NCBI GenBank assembly: GCA_030141605.1
Contig: JAQGDQ010000204.1
Span: 186,001-250,000 of the forward strand
DNA: 64,000 bases
Source: Tubiluchus corallicola
Lineage: Eukaryota > Animalia > Priapulida
Direction: 5' to 3'
The translations under genes and the position numbers were made by a program. A model generated the notes under the pieces. The model saw nothing but the letters and a program-made list of their open reading frames with translations, had not been told where the DNA came from and searched no databases. Shown piece by piece: positions 40,089-52,770 of this stretch. Every line of letters begins with the position of its first letter. The first letter of the stretch is position 1.

Positions 40089-41708
40089 ATGGATTCCATG
40101 AAAGCATGGCTGACCACTAAAGTCAAGGTGGTAGAACAGAATGCAACTGACATTGGCCAGCGACTAGCGTCCAACGTGATGACGCCCAGAACAGTGCCTC
40201 AATTTGTGATTCCTCATTTCCACACGGCAGACGAGAGCGACAGCGACAAGAGCTCTGTGAGTCCTGCAAACTCACACATGAGCATCGGGTCACTGTGTCG
40301 AAGTCCTACAACACGATCATGTCCCGTTAGTCCCACGCCAGCCAGAACTAGTTCAGACAAACTAGCAATGCTGGAACCTCAGCGCTCTTTTGGGTCGACG
40401 GACAGTTTTCCCAACATGGTATTAAACTTAGGAGACAAAGACGCACATCGTCACACACTTGAGCCGTCGTCTTCACCACAAATACATCGACATGATAGTC
40501 CTTCCGGCTCTCCATTGTCTTCACGAGGACCGTTTGAATCTTGCTCATCAGAAAACCTCCGTAAGAGCAGTTCAGCACACTCGCCAACAACAGAATATTC
40601 TTCTGCGTCGTCAAGCCAACTGAGGCCTTGCGTGAGATACAGGTTAAATATGAGGAGCCGCTCAGCTGGAGAACCAGCTAGCCTTGACCTTAATCCTCCG
40701 CCACTGAGACGGCAAAGTCCTCAACACTCACCAACGTGTTCACCCACAAGCTCACCTACACCAAACAAGAAGTCCTTAGAGTATTCAAAAAGTACACACA
40801 GTCGGCAGGGTAAAGTCCACAATCAAATTAGCAGAAGCAAATCGGCACATGGGTCCCGTCCTGCCACACACCCGGAAAGGTCGCATGCACCTCGCTCGCT
40901 TTCACAGACAGAAAGACCTGATATTCGCACAATAAGTCACAACGAAAAAGCAGTCCAACGTGGAAAAACTACTTCTCACAGTCAAAGTTCATACAGTCAG
41001 GTTAAACCAAGGCCTATTGAGATTGTGACAAAGCAACGGTCTCACAGCGAACGTCCTCTGCCGCCTGATCCGAAAGATCGCCTTTACATTCGCCGCAGAT
41101 CATCGCTAACCAGTTACGACGAAAAGCTCTACCTTGCATGTAAAACTGTAAACAAAGTGAATCAAAACGATTCGCTGGATTCTCGCACACCGTCAGAAGA
41201 TGAACTTCTTTCTGAAGCTTCTTTGTCACCAGCATCGTTATGTAAAAGTCATTCTCACATGTCTGGCTTATCTGACGTCTCTTCACATTCTGTGTCAGTT
41301 CAGGGTAGAACAGATATTGGCCAAGTTAAACTGTCAATGCAGTATTTGCCGGGCTCAAAACAGCTGAAAGTGCATCTGCTTAAAGGAGAAAACCTTGGTG
41401 GGTCGAATAAATCCGATTCGAATGTGAACTCGTATGTTAAATTGTATCTAATCCCCGGCAAATTGCAAAAAAGGACGTCCAAGGTTGTGAAAAATAACAA
41501 ACACCCGTCGTACAATGAAGATTTTCATTTTTTGGATCTGGAATTAGAAAGCATGCCGCAAATGCAACTAAAAGTTAAGGTGCTAAATAAATCGTACCAT
41601 ATTATCAAACCGGAAGTGATAGGCGAGTGCCAAGTAAAACTGGACGCCTTGGAGTTAACCAGCGAATGTCGAATGTGGAAGAGTCTGAAATCTAAAGTCG
41701 CTACCCAG
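40089..41708 (+). CDS. C2CD4-like: C2CD4-like tandem-C2 protein, coding exon 1 (540 aa: N-terminal motif, Ser/Pro-rich region, C2A)
   Basis: SNVMTPRTVPQFVIP matches the C2CD4-family NVLTPDRIPxFxIP motif. C2 domain GQVKLSMQY...NSYVKLYLIP...HPSYNEDFHF...VIGE. Donor cag|gtaagt at 41708, phase 0. Confidence 0.85.
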
Positions 41709-42589
41709 GTAAGTTCCAGGTAATTTACTATAAAGGTAAAACTTAATTAAACGCAGAAGAACTTAAGTTCAGTATCGGAAAAACGCTCACACTGGTATTA
41801 TTAGTAGTATTTTTACGTTTATGAGGACCAGCGTTCAGTGGTTTCTACAGGGTGCTCCAAAGAACAATATGCTGAAAAAACAATTTCAACGAAACACGTT
41901 CTAAAATGAACATGGACTTCTGCATCATGTCATCATAGTTATCAAGTACCCACAACTATTAGACTTTTTGTGGTGTAACATTTGTGTATTTATTTATTTA
42001 CTGAACGATTAAGGAAAGAAATTACAGAAGATAAAGAAAAAACGATTTAAAAAACATTATACGTCTAAACAAAGAAACCACATATAAGTGGTACAATGGT
42101 TCAAGCTCGTATGCTTGTATGCAAGTTTGTATGCTTATACCACTTTTTGTCAGTGCACTGTTTCTTTGGGAACATCATGTATAATAACAAAAAAGATAAC
42201 GTTCACACATGTTTTTATCTATAGTACAAACATATTTGTTCCGGTTTTTCAAAAAAAAAAGAAAGCTTTCCATCAGTTAGCACCAGATTTATATTTGTGA
42301 AAAATATTAGCCAAAGTAATAGAATAGACATTCTTCAATTTGCTATGCACAACGGAGGGTTTATCTATGTAAAATTAAAATCACGTATTCGCTGTCCCCG
42401 ATGTTCAGCATTATGTCATCGCTAATCAGAAAGTTTGTTCAGCTGAGGGCAAACACCTCTCCTTCAATTACTGAACATCGATGATGAAAGCAGCCTGCGA
42501 AGCCATCATATCTGAAGCCAGTGCTGAAGAAACAAGAAAAGCACACAGAAATTAGGCTTCCCTTCGTGTCTCTGTGTCAACACGCACAA

Positions 42590-42720
<131 letters not shown>

Positions 42721-42779
42721 TGTTTCCCTGTCACTCTCTTTTTCTCTATTACCTGGCGCTCTCTGTTTATTCAGTAGAA

Positions 42780-44205
42780 ATATGAATAAACTCATAAAAC
42801 TCTGCCCATCGGCACATTGACTTTGGATAAATCTGCGGGGCCGGATGTTGTACATGCTGAGGGTTTTATGCATATTTCCTTACTGTTACCGGTACCGTTG
42901 TCCTTGTTATTTAGCTCGTGTTTAATTCACGGTTTTCTTCCTATGTCGCTCATGATGTCTACATTAATTGCTGTAGTGAAAGACAAAAACCGTGATGATG
43001 CGAACAACTACAGGCCAATTGCTAGAGAAGTCTTATAAATTTTATTATTTAGCATATACAAACAGCATACTCCAACTATTCATTGGGTTATATAAAAAAA
43101 CTTGATACGAAATTGCATAAACACATTAAAGGAGATCATTGACTTCAACGGGTTATTAGTCGCCATAGCTCTGTTCACAATGCGTTCATCGATGCGTCAA
43201 GGGTTAATTTGATAGGGTAATTTTTCAAACTTTTTCAACTCAGAAGGACTTCATTCCCGAATATTGTAATACGTTTTCTTCACATTCTATTATACTCAAC
43301 AAGGAATGTGTGTCAGGTAGGGACGTAGTGAGTCCACAGCTTCCAATATATTAGAATGAGGCGCCTCAAGGTGGCAGGATGTCGCCTTTGCTTTTTAATT
43401 TTTATTTTTAAAGATCCAAGTGTTAAGCTTTCATCCACCCAACTTGGTTGCAATATGTCTAACATGATTATGTCTAACGTGAACCACCTGATGATGTTGA
43501 CAATGTTTGTTTATTAGCAACAACGGTTACGGCCCTACAGCAACTGCTAAATGTATATGGTACAAATTGTGTGCTGAAAAGTATGATATAAAAATAAATG
43601 TAGTTAAAACTAAATTTTTGCCAATTAATTGAAACATTACGCGAAATTTTACTTTTGACAACACCAAACTAGATAATAATGTTCTTCGCACCTGTGATAA
43701 TAAAAATACCAGGGATATATTGTTTCAAATGATAACCGAGATGACCTAGATACTGTTAGTCAAAAATTCCTATACTATTATTCGTGTAAACCAACTTATT
43801 AGAAAATTCAGCTACTGTTCTGCTGATGTTAAAAGATGTCTATTTAGTGCTTATTGTAACTATTGCATCTTTGCATGGAGGCGTTTTAATAATTATAATA
43901 TCTTGAAACTGAAAATTGCGCACAACGTGTCAAAAAGATAATCTTTCGGATATGCATACGAGTATGATTACAGTGTACGTGCAATAAGTGTTGAAATTCG
44001 CATGATGTATTTCGATGTATTATGTAGAAAATGTGGATTAAGTTTAATGAAAAGATTTGATTCAAGTACGAACTTACATCGCACATCGACTATTATTGTA
44101 ATTTTTGTGTTTATGTAAGTCTGTTTGTATTGGTTTTTGTTTATATGTTTATGTTGTAAATATGTAAATTCTTATAATATGAGCTTCGGTTGGAAATAAA
44201 TATTT
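42780..44205 (+). mobile_element. Decayed LINE (CR1/L2-group RT) in intron 1 of the C2CD4-like gene
   Basis: Broken frames contain KSAGPD...LSLLFSSCLIHGFLP...KDKN...NNYRPIA, FIDAS, PQGGRMSPLLFN and ATTVTALQQLLN. AATAAA occurs near 44195. Confidence 0.85.
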
Positions 44206-44268
44206 AAATCAAGATTAAATCAAAATCTGTCTGTCCTCTTGTGTCTTTTTTCTCACCTTTATGTCTCC

Positions 44269-44270
<2 letters not shown>

Positions 44271-44362
<92 letters not shown>
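44271..44362. repeat. (CT)n microsatellite
   Basis: Directly visible in the sequence. Confidence 0.98.
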
Positions 44363-44365
<3 letters not shown>

Positions 44366-44482
44366 TTTCTCGCCGTTTTGTTTACAACATATTTTGTAAG
44401 AAATGCATGCTTTTGACTGCCGGTTGATGTGTCGAAATTGCAATTCCATGTGAAAGACCGGGTACATAGCAGCGACATGCTG

Positions 44483-44668
44483 TGGTCAGATCTGGTCAGG
44501 TCTGGTCTGGTCAGGTCTGATCAAATCTGATCAGATCAGGATTAGTCTCGTCTCGTCTGGTCTGGGCTGAATTGGTCTGGTTTAGTCCAGTTCAATTCGG
44601 TCTGGTCTGGATCAGTCTGATCCGAACCAATCCCATCCAGTCCAGTCCAGTCAATCTAATCTAATCTA
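44483..44668. repeat. Degenerate pentanucleotide repeat (GGTCT/GATCA/CCAGT/AATCT variants)
   Basis: A 5-bp periodicity with a drifting unit is directly visible. Confidence 0.85.
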
Positions 44669-45195
44669 AGACATAGGTGATAATAGCTCAGCCCCATATT
44701 GCTGCAGGAATGCGTGAATATATCTCAGTGTCAGTTCCGTCAACAAACATGACATGCATTGTTGATAGTATCTGCCTCCGTGCGTCTCTGCTACCATTCC
44801 ATAACTACTCCACCTGCATCTATATTTGAAGTTTTCTGTACTGTCTACACCTTTCCTGTGTAATTTCCTTTTGATCAATTTCTTTTTTGTGTGTAATTAT
44901 TGATCTACAAAATAAAAGAGTTTGCACTGCCATGTAAGATTCAGAGATTAAGGTCAATTTAACTATGTCTCGATACTGGAAATCACTAGTTGATTTGGTC
45001 ACTACAAATATAATAAGTTATAATAATATAATAACTTCCATAACTTCTTCTATAATAACGTCTATTATGTACGTTTTGGTTAACAAATACGTCAGATTTC
45101 CTTGCACATGTTTCTCATCTGACTCAAATCATCTCCCAGGAAATTATCTGCGTACACAATAATAACTGATTGTGTTTGTTAATTGTTTGTCTTAG

Positions 45196-45307
45196 GATCT
45201 CGGTCAGATACAACTTTCAATGCGATTAGAACCTCAGGCTGATAGACTCACCATTACGCTAATTAAAGCTAAAGATTTGCCGAAGTCTAATCTTGGACAT
45301 TCACCAG
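45196..45307 (+). CDS. C2CD4-like: C2CD4-like coding exon 2 (start of C2B)
   Basis: ttgtcttag| DLGQIQLSMRLEPQADRLTITLIKAKDLPKSNLGHSP |gtacgc; phase 0 to 1. Confidence 0.9.
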
Positions 45308-46954
45308 GTACGCCTCTTAACGTTGCAGATTTTCTTGGTTTAAATGGAATGCTTCTTTATTATACGCAGCAGTTTAATCCTTACCTTGCAGGAATATAAA
45401 CACAAACAGCGCAGTTCTATGCCGTTTATTACTTCATTTCATGGAAAGGCCTTTTCTTTCCTTTCACGTGAGATTACGAGAAAGAGACGGAAAAGTATTC
45501 TGATGAAATACAGTAATAAACTGTATATGCAAGCGCGGGATGAGTAATTTACGTTTCATATCAATTTTGCACCAATGGGATACAACAAAGAAGCATTTGT
45601 ATAAACTTTCTTATAAATACAAAGAAACTTAATGCCTGTGATATTGAAAGCAGCGTAAAGTTATGTATCTTCACATATAAAATAATCATTATTTCACCAA
45701 TCACAGCACTAGAGCTGCACGATATATAAAATAGAATATGACCCTCTTTGCGTTTACAGATCTAGACTATGATTGTTGTATTTTACTGTTAAATTATAGT
45801 AAATGTAAAACCAAAATTTTTGAGTTTTTTCTTGCTTGCGAAGCAACTCTGTAGATAGGTCTGTTTCGCCATGATACTGTTCTTGTTCTCGATTAACTGA
45901 TAAACGCATTTTGATATGTAGGCGTATAATATTTTGGTATGTTAATAGCGTTTTTAATCTGCTTTTTTACGTTCCAATATCTTGATGTAAGAGAGAAAAT
46001 TATAGATGTTTTTATGATGAGTCCTTAACGACCAAAGTGAAACAGCACTGGACAGTTAGCAAATGGATTGGTGACTGCTAGGAAAATCTCTTATAAGTGG
46101 TTTCATCCACAACTATCCAGGCTATTTGTCTCCTGAGAAGGGGTGTATATGCATACCAACTAAAGAAGGCTAAAGTGCTTTTTTCACTAAAACTCATGTG
46201 TCTCACCTAAAAATTATTAAATTTTTGCCTTTATTAAGAGGTTTTGTTAACGACTCATTTTAGTTTAGATTAGATTAGTTGAATTAAACTTGCACACGAT
46301 ATGTACTTTGGGTAACTTTGGGTAAATCAAACTGGTAACTCTGACGATCAGAATAACGAACATTTAGCAGCAATATGGGTTCTTGATTAATATTTACTAC
46401 ACGCTTATTCCCTATGATCGTACAATTGTTCAAGATTAACATTTAAAGCTTTACTAACTTTCTTTCTATTTTTTCAAAATTTTTACATTTTCAACTGATA
46501 ATTTATAATGGAACAACTGACAGCTCTAGAATGCTCAGAATACACGAAAAATAGAAGCGCATGCACACAGGTCCCTTCTCTGAGTTCTACACAAAGACTT
46601 GCAATGCACCAAAGTGTATAAAAAAGATACATGTATTGTTTAATGTTTGTCCTATTACTGTAAAATAATGTACGCAAGGCATTCAGCTAAATTTTCAATA
46701 TGTCATTGCTAAAGATGATAAAGAAAAGAAAAGGACCACAAAAAGAAAAAAGGAAACGATGCTGTTTTTTGTGTGTTATATCCGTGTTGCTTCACTTGTT
46801 ATTTTACTATTTATATACATATTTCGCAACTCTTATTGTTTGTTTCACGTCTAGGCCTAGATTTTGTTACTAACAAGTGTATTGTTATGACCTTTGTAAA
46901 ATTGATAAGCTTGTACTAATGTAAACAAATAAATTTAAACTATTACCGTTGCAG

Positions 46955-47160
46955 ATCCTCAGGTTAAAATCTCAGTGGTGCAGAGAACCAAAGAGCAAGT
47001 AAAGGAGTCAAGAACTCGTAAGAAAACGACACATCCGTCTTGGAAGGAAGCCTTCTCGTTTCTGATTCGAGCTGACCCTGAGAATCTTCAATACTACACA
47101 GCCGTGACCGTAACCGTGCACGACCATGAAAAGCCTGCTACTGAAGACCTCATTGGACAG
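46955..47160 (+). CDS. C2CD4-like: C2CD4-like coding exon 3 (C2B core)
   Basis: gttgcag| (D)PQVKISVVQ...HPSWKEAFSF...VTVHDHEKPATEDLIGQ |gtaaaa; phase 1 to 0, in frame with exons 2 and 4. Confidence 0.9.
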
Positions 47161-47179
47161 GTAAAATCGTCGTCATTAT

Positions 47180-47746
47180 TATAACCATCATTCCGCCTTA
47201 TTCTAATTGCCATCCTTCTGTCTCAGAAGACAATGGAGTGTGCGCCAAAGAGAGTCAGTTATTGATCACATTGATGGAGCTGCAGCGTCGACTGTGGCTG
47301 ACCAGTCCGATCCTTGAACGTCTCCAGGGCGCAAGCCTGGGCAAGGTGTATGGAGATCCTGAGTTGGCCAGACAACAGGAACCCCTCTCTTCCTCCCCAG
47401 TGTAGTCCAAAGGAAAGCGGAGCAATACATATGGCACCAGGTTGGCTGCAGGAGCTGCCAGAGTCAGTGAGCATGCTGCACTGGTCCGCATTCGGAGCTC
47501 CACTCCTGATTTAGAAGGTTTACTCCTCTACACATGGCTGCTGGGTCACTTGGCCTCCTCCGCCCTCTAGCCGTTGGCTGCTTGTGCAGCTTCTCCACCT
47601 AGTGTTGAGATACAGTATGGGCATCCCGGAAGCCTACAGCACCTGGTATTCCTAGGCGGTCACCCATCCAGGCACTAACCAGGCTCTACATTGCTTAACT
47701 TCGGTGATCAGACGAGAACCGGTGTTTTCAACGTGATATGGCCTTA
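47180..47746 (-). mobile_element. 5S rRNA-derived SINE (SINE3-like): 5S head plus about 440-bp GC-rich body
   Basis: The 5S head runs into a GC-rich body with no oligo-T Pol III terminator and ends in a short simple-repeat tail. Confidence 0.7.
47630..47746 (-). pseudogene. 5S rRNA-like sequence, slightly 5'-truncated or diverged
   Basis: The minus strand reads GGCCATATCACGTTGAAAACACCGGTTCTCGTCTGATCACCGAAGTTAAGCAA...GGATGGGTGACCGCCTAGGAATACCAGGTGCTGTAGGCTT, closely following the metazoan 5S sequence. Confidence 0.92.
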
Positions 47747-47853
47747 TTAATATCATTAATATTAACTTCATCGTCATCGTCGTCATTATCATCATCATCA
47801 ACATCATCATCATCAACATCATCATTATCATCACCATAATGATCATTAACACT

Positions 47854-47884
<31 letters not shown>

Positions 47885-47896
47885 TCATCATCATCT
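47745..47896. repeat. Imperfect (CAT)n/(CAA)n trinucleotide repeat
   Basis: Directly visible in the sequence. Confidence 0.95.
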
Positions 47897-49550
47897 TCGT
47901 CTTTGTTGCCAGTTGGAAGACAATCGAAAGTCTTTTCACCCCAATTTCACCCCAATAGCTTTTCTGTCGCCCGGATCCGCCAAAAGTTTGTTACTAAAAT
48001 GAAGCGTGTATAGTGTATAAAGTTTACTTAAATTTTACTCTACTGTCGTATTGTTGTATTAATGTAGAAATTACTGTTTCAAAAAGGCCTTCATACGTAG
48101 TAAATCAATTAAGTCCATAGAAAAAATAGTTCTTAGTAAGCCAACAATCGGTTAGTAAAGTGGCGCGTATTCAGCTCAATTGGCTTTCATTTGTCAGATG
48201 ATCGATACCCAGATGAGTTTGCACACATCCAAATGACCCCACTGATCAAGTGTATTGTGTAATTGGACTATTTGTGACTACTAAAGTTCTGACTACATTA
48301 TAAATGTGTACTATTCACGCGAATGCTGAAACGTCCAACAGCAGTTTCGTAGAAGTCGAACAACTGTAGTTAAAACTTAAGTTATTCGTCAACTTTCTTT
48401 TTTGCAATGATGTACTTTCAACTAGTGTAGTGAAAGTGCGTTCAACTAAAGTTGGAATAACTACCAACTCAAGACGAGGACAAAAATTATTTTACTTTGG
48501 TTAATTTGGAGATTTTAATTAAACACGATTGTAGTCGAGACCCTGTAGTCAATTCCTAAGTTAAATCATTATACATTTTTCAAAAATTTGGAAAGTTTGA
48601 GCTGTTGGATTTTTGTGTGGCATACGTGCGATTTTTGTACACAACTATGGTTGGATGGCAAAAGTTGTTGGTGCATCAGCGTCTATGGTTACAATGGCAG
48701 TTTCTTTCATAGACCATCACAAATCATTTTATAGTTTATATCATTTCTCTACGTAATTTTCTTTCAACTGCTTGTAAATCTAGGAACTGCAATGGTTAAT
48801 CCCTTGCCTCATTCATCACTTCACTCTGTCATGCGGAATTTCGAGAATTGCAAATCTTTATATCAGACAAGCTTCTAAAGGCCTGCAAAATTTTCAGACT
48901 ATAAATTATTGAGCTAAACTTCAAAAAAACAGGCTGACTCATTCGAACAAATATTTCTTCAGATTACCTGGTAGTTAGCTTTAACATTCTAGGTTATTAA
49001 CTAAGTCATTGACATAGTTAAACTACAATATTCAAATTATGAGTGAAATGACAAAATGGTAATCTAATGCTCTCCTAATTTAGCAACTTCTAAAAGCCAT
49101 TTTTAATCGCCGAGCAGCGAATTCTTCAAGAGAAGGCTTCGGATTGTTCAAGGACTTGAGATAGCAACCAGAATCTGAAAATTTGAGCAAATTGTTCAGT
49201 AAAACAAGAGTGAAAATATTAAATTTAACCTTTCTGGGCCAGGCATAATCAAGTGATAATTAGTCTGGTCAAGTCATAATGAACGTAATAATCTACAATT
49301 CTTGGACATAAGTAAACCACTCTGACAAAGCATAGTCAGATGATAAGTACGGTCATGCTCGCGGATTTGGATCTGTTATCCATATAAGTCAGTCGAACGC
49401 ACTTTTAGTTTCTGAAAACTCTTCTGCTTCTGAAGTAATTATAGGGCATAGTGGCAGTTTTTCTACAACAAAACCAGTTATTGCTTTTTATTTACATTTT
49501 TAATAAAATGTGACCACTGAATTTGACTTGATTTTTTTTGGTTTGTCTAG

Positions 49551-49676
49551 GTGAGGTTTGGGCAAGGAGCATTGCAAGACTCTGAAAACAACCAGTGGAA
49601 TAAAGTCCTTAACAATTACCGCAAGGAATTCACCGAGTGGCACAGACTAATGGAAGCTGATGATGAGAGAGACTAA
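49551..49676 (+). CDS. C2CD4-like: C2CD4-like last coding exon (end of C2B)
   Basis: ggtttgtctag| VRFGQGALQDSENNQWNKVLNNYRKEFTEWHRLMEADDERD*, a synaptotagmin-like C2B end with WHxL. AATAAA at about 49705. The joined CDS is 687 aa. Confidence 0.9.
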   Translation: MRFGQGALQDSENNQWNKVLNNYRKEFTEWHRLMEADDERD

Positions 49677-51911
49677 AACTTAGTCTTAGTCCCATAACTA
49701 CATGAAATAAACAGTTGGCTATAATAATCATACACATACGTATAGTAAAGCAGCCTAAATAATTATATTTATTTAATTTATGTTTTGTAAAAAAAATGAG
49801 AATCTTATGTTATGTGTATTCTATGTAAAACCAGTCTGATAGTGTCACTAGGTCAAAGTACTCATTATTTTTAGTAAATTTAAAAATAGTTTCTATTTAG
49901 AAATGGGATAGGCATTGTTGCTACATAGAGGTTAAACAACGCCTTTTCGCAACGAGAGTGCAAGAAACAGTGCTACCTGAGCGAAAGAGCTACAATGTAT
50001 TAATTGACTTCCTTAAGGTTCAATTAATCAGAATCAGTTTCGGGTGTACTTTTCCCATTTTCCATAACATCTGAAAAGTGCGGTTAATACTGCTTACCAA
50101 TACAAAAGTTCCCGTGTGTGCGAGACGGTTTGCTTCGCACAGTTTGCTGCATACAGATTTTTTCGCCATCTATGACTATCATAAACGTATTGCTCATCTT
50201 CCTGTTCAGAAGAATTTGACTATTGTATGTTCGGCCAAGCGAGACTAGGACCTGTGCCAATTAGGCGTCAGTCTTGGGGAAAGGGCACAGTAAACCCACC
50301 TAAGTAATCATTATTGTATGTCCGATTACGTGTGTAAGATGTATGGTGTAAATATCCGCCCAGTTTTACTTTTTGTGCTAACCACAATCTAGTAACAGGC
50401 CTTATTATATTTCATATAGCTACGGTGCAGGAAAATAAATTATATTATTATTTAAATATATTTTGTAGATACTAAAGCCTGTTGCAGAGTAACAGTTTAG
50501 ATGACTTCAGAATTACATTATAAGTACGACACTGATTAATTTCGAAATCAAAAGCTATTTGTATTGGTTTGATCGAGCATGAACTGCGACATGTAGTAGA
50601 AATTCGTGCCAATAAAGGCACTTTGTCTGTATCACTGACATGTAATTGTATGTATTATAATTGCATGTAATGGTATTAAATTTGCTTTAAGTGTTAAAAA
50701 ATTACTGTAGTGTGCACCAAGAAGTATTAATTAACAGAGTTAGCATTAATTATAAGATGGTGCTTGTTAGATATAATCTATAAAATTAATGCATGTCAAT
50801 GAAATTTAATATTGGAAAGACAACTACAACAGTTTTGTGAATCTGTGTATCAATAAAATCAAAATAAAACAGGCAAATTAGATGCTAGCTGTTTATAAAC
50901 GCTAAACAATTGGGTAAATTCGTATTATTATTTTTGTAAGATACTGAAGACTTAATTTAAAAAGTAAAAGTGATGTGCTAAAAATGTTAGTTAAAAATAC
51001 CAACACACCACTAAAAGAAATGAAAGAACCTGATCTTCTCATAAGTTAATTGTTTAATTGATTTCAGCCGTCAGTTTACACCACTGTCCAATGTAACCAT
51101 GCATACATTGTCATCATCCAGCTATGCCAATCATCACTTATTAGTATCATCACAATTCAGTATAATATACTGTAATCAATGTGTCATAAACTGATCTCCA
51201 AGTACATCCAGCTTGATATCTCTGAGATACCAAAAAATTTTCACTGCCACAAACGTGTTTAATAAACTATTATGTGAACATCTTACTCAGGCAAAATAAT
51301 AATTTGCATTTATGGCACTTACAGAAAAATATGATCTTAAGAGTAAAAAAATAAATAATGATTATTATCACCTGGTCATATCACCACCAAAGATTAGAAA
51401 ACACTATATATGGTCTTGAAAAAATAAATCGATATGGCAAAGTATTTTCTAACTAACAGTATCAATTTGTGGCTGTCTCGCATACTTTACAGCCTGCACT
51501 AATATTCTCCTAACATGCAAAAATTTAGCTAATATATATAAAGCTACATATAAAGAGCCTTTGAAGGTTAAAGTACTTAGGTAATAAACAATCATAGAAA
51601 CTTTTACAAAGTTACATTTTTATAGTTAAATGTGGTCATTTTTCTCAACCATCAATCAACAAGAATTAGATATAATAAAGGAAAGTAAAATAGAGCCATC
51701 GAGTGAAATTAAGTAAAACAAAGGACATTAGTGACAATATGAAACTAGATAATATAATAGGTAACCTATGGTTGTGTCATCTGGTTAGTAAGGCATTGCC
51801 CTACTGCCAGGTATTCCATTGATCAAAACCCACTCATATCAAATTAGTTTAAGATATCATTGTGCCATCTAGGGGAAGAAAATTACATTGAATCACAGAC
51901 TTACAACATTA

Positions 51912-52216
51912 CAGATAATCATCGACTTACGACCACATCTGGCTCCACGAATTGGTCGTAAGACGATCTGGACACAAGTTGGACCCGTACGTTCAAGCGA
52001 CTGTCCCCTACGCATAAGATGTTGCAAGTGTATGCACCATAATGGTGGCGCTCACAGAGGAATTTGTTGCAACGGAGGGCAATTTAAAATAAATTAGCTT
52101 AAAAAGAACGAAATATAACTTACTATCCTTTTTATATGATTAATTAATTAAGTTGTGCTCAGGTTGGGAAGTCAAACATTTGTAAGTTGCATAAGTCGCA
52201 AGTCGATGACTACTTT
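51912..52216. mobile_element. pogo/Tigger-type MITE
   Basis: Imperfect 22-bp TIRs cagataatcatcgacttacgac and gtcgcaagtcgatgactacttt, with TA on both sides. Confidence 0.75.
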
Positions 52217-52770
52217 TACAAATTTCGGATAGTTGAAAACAAAACTAATTTTGGTATCCAGAAAAGTACTATATTATGAAGACTAAAATTATCACACCAG
52301 CACTGCAACACACAGGTGCATTTGTTTTGATCTTTGGCAAGCTATTATCACTTCATAAAATTATATGATATAAATAAAAATATGGACGAGTACAACAAGC
52401 TTCAACCAAAACCTAGACTTATTATTCTTAAAAGTTTTTATCAAAGCTAAAGTACAATTTATAATGATTACTGCAATAGCTTTACAGTGCAAAACAAGTT
52501 TACTTTTGATTGGCTATATATATGACTTACACCTGTTTGGGCAAGAACTTTGTATACAAGGAATAATTATTACATGTCCGGTATGTGTATTATTATCAAG
52601 GAGTAATTTTACATCTTTTCACAATTATTTAAGCTAAACAAACAAAACCACTAGATCTCATGACTTGTGGTTTATTTCTTAAGTTTTAATTTATCGGAAT
52701 ATTGGAAACTTGACAACAAGAATATAGTACCAAACAGCCCAGGTGGAAGCACCATTCATTTAACGCTAAT

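Noticed and set aside
40089-41723. 544-aa ORF as the complete protein
   Set aside because: A perfect donor at 41708/41709 and three in-phase downstream exons extend it. It remains possible only as an alternative isoform.
42383-42510. Hairpin cgatgttcag/ctgaacatcg as a miRNA or hammerhead
   Set aside because: The stem is too short for a pre-miRNA and the hammerhead boxes are incomplete.
47630-47746. Functional 5S rRNA gene
   Set aside because: The 5' end is missing or diverged, there is no oligo-T terminator, and it is a solitary copy in an intron.
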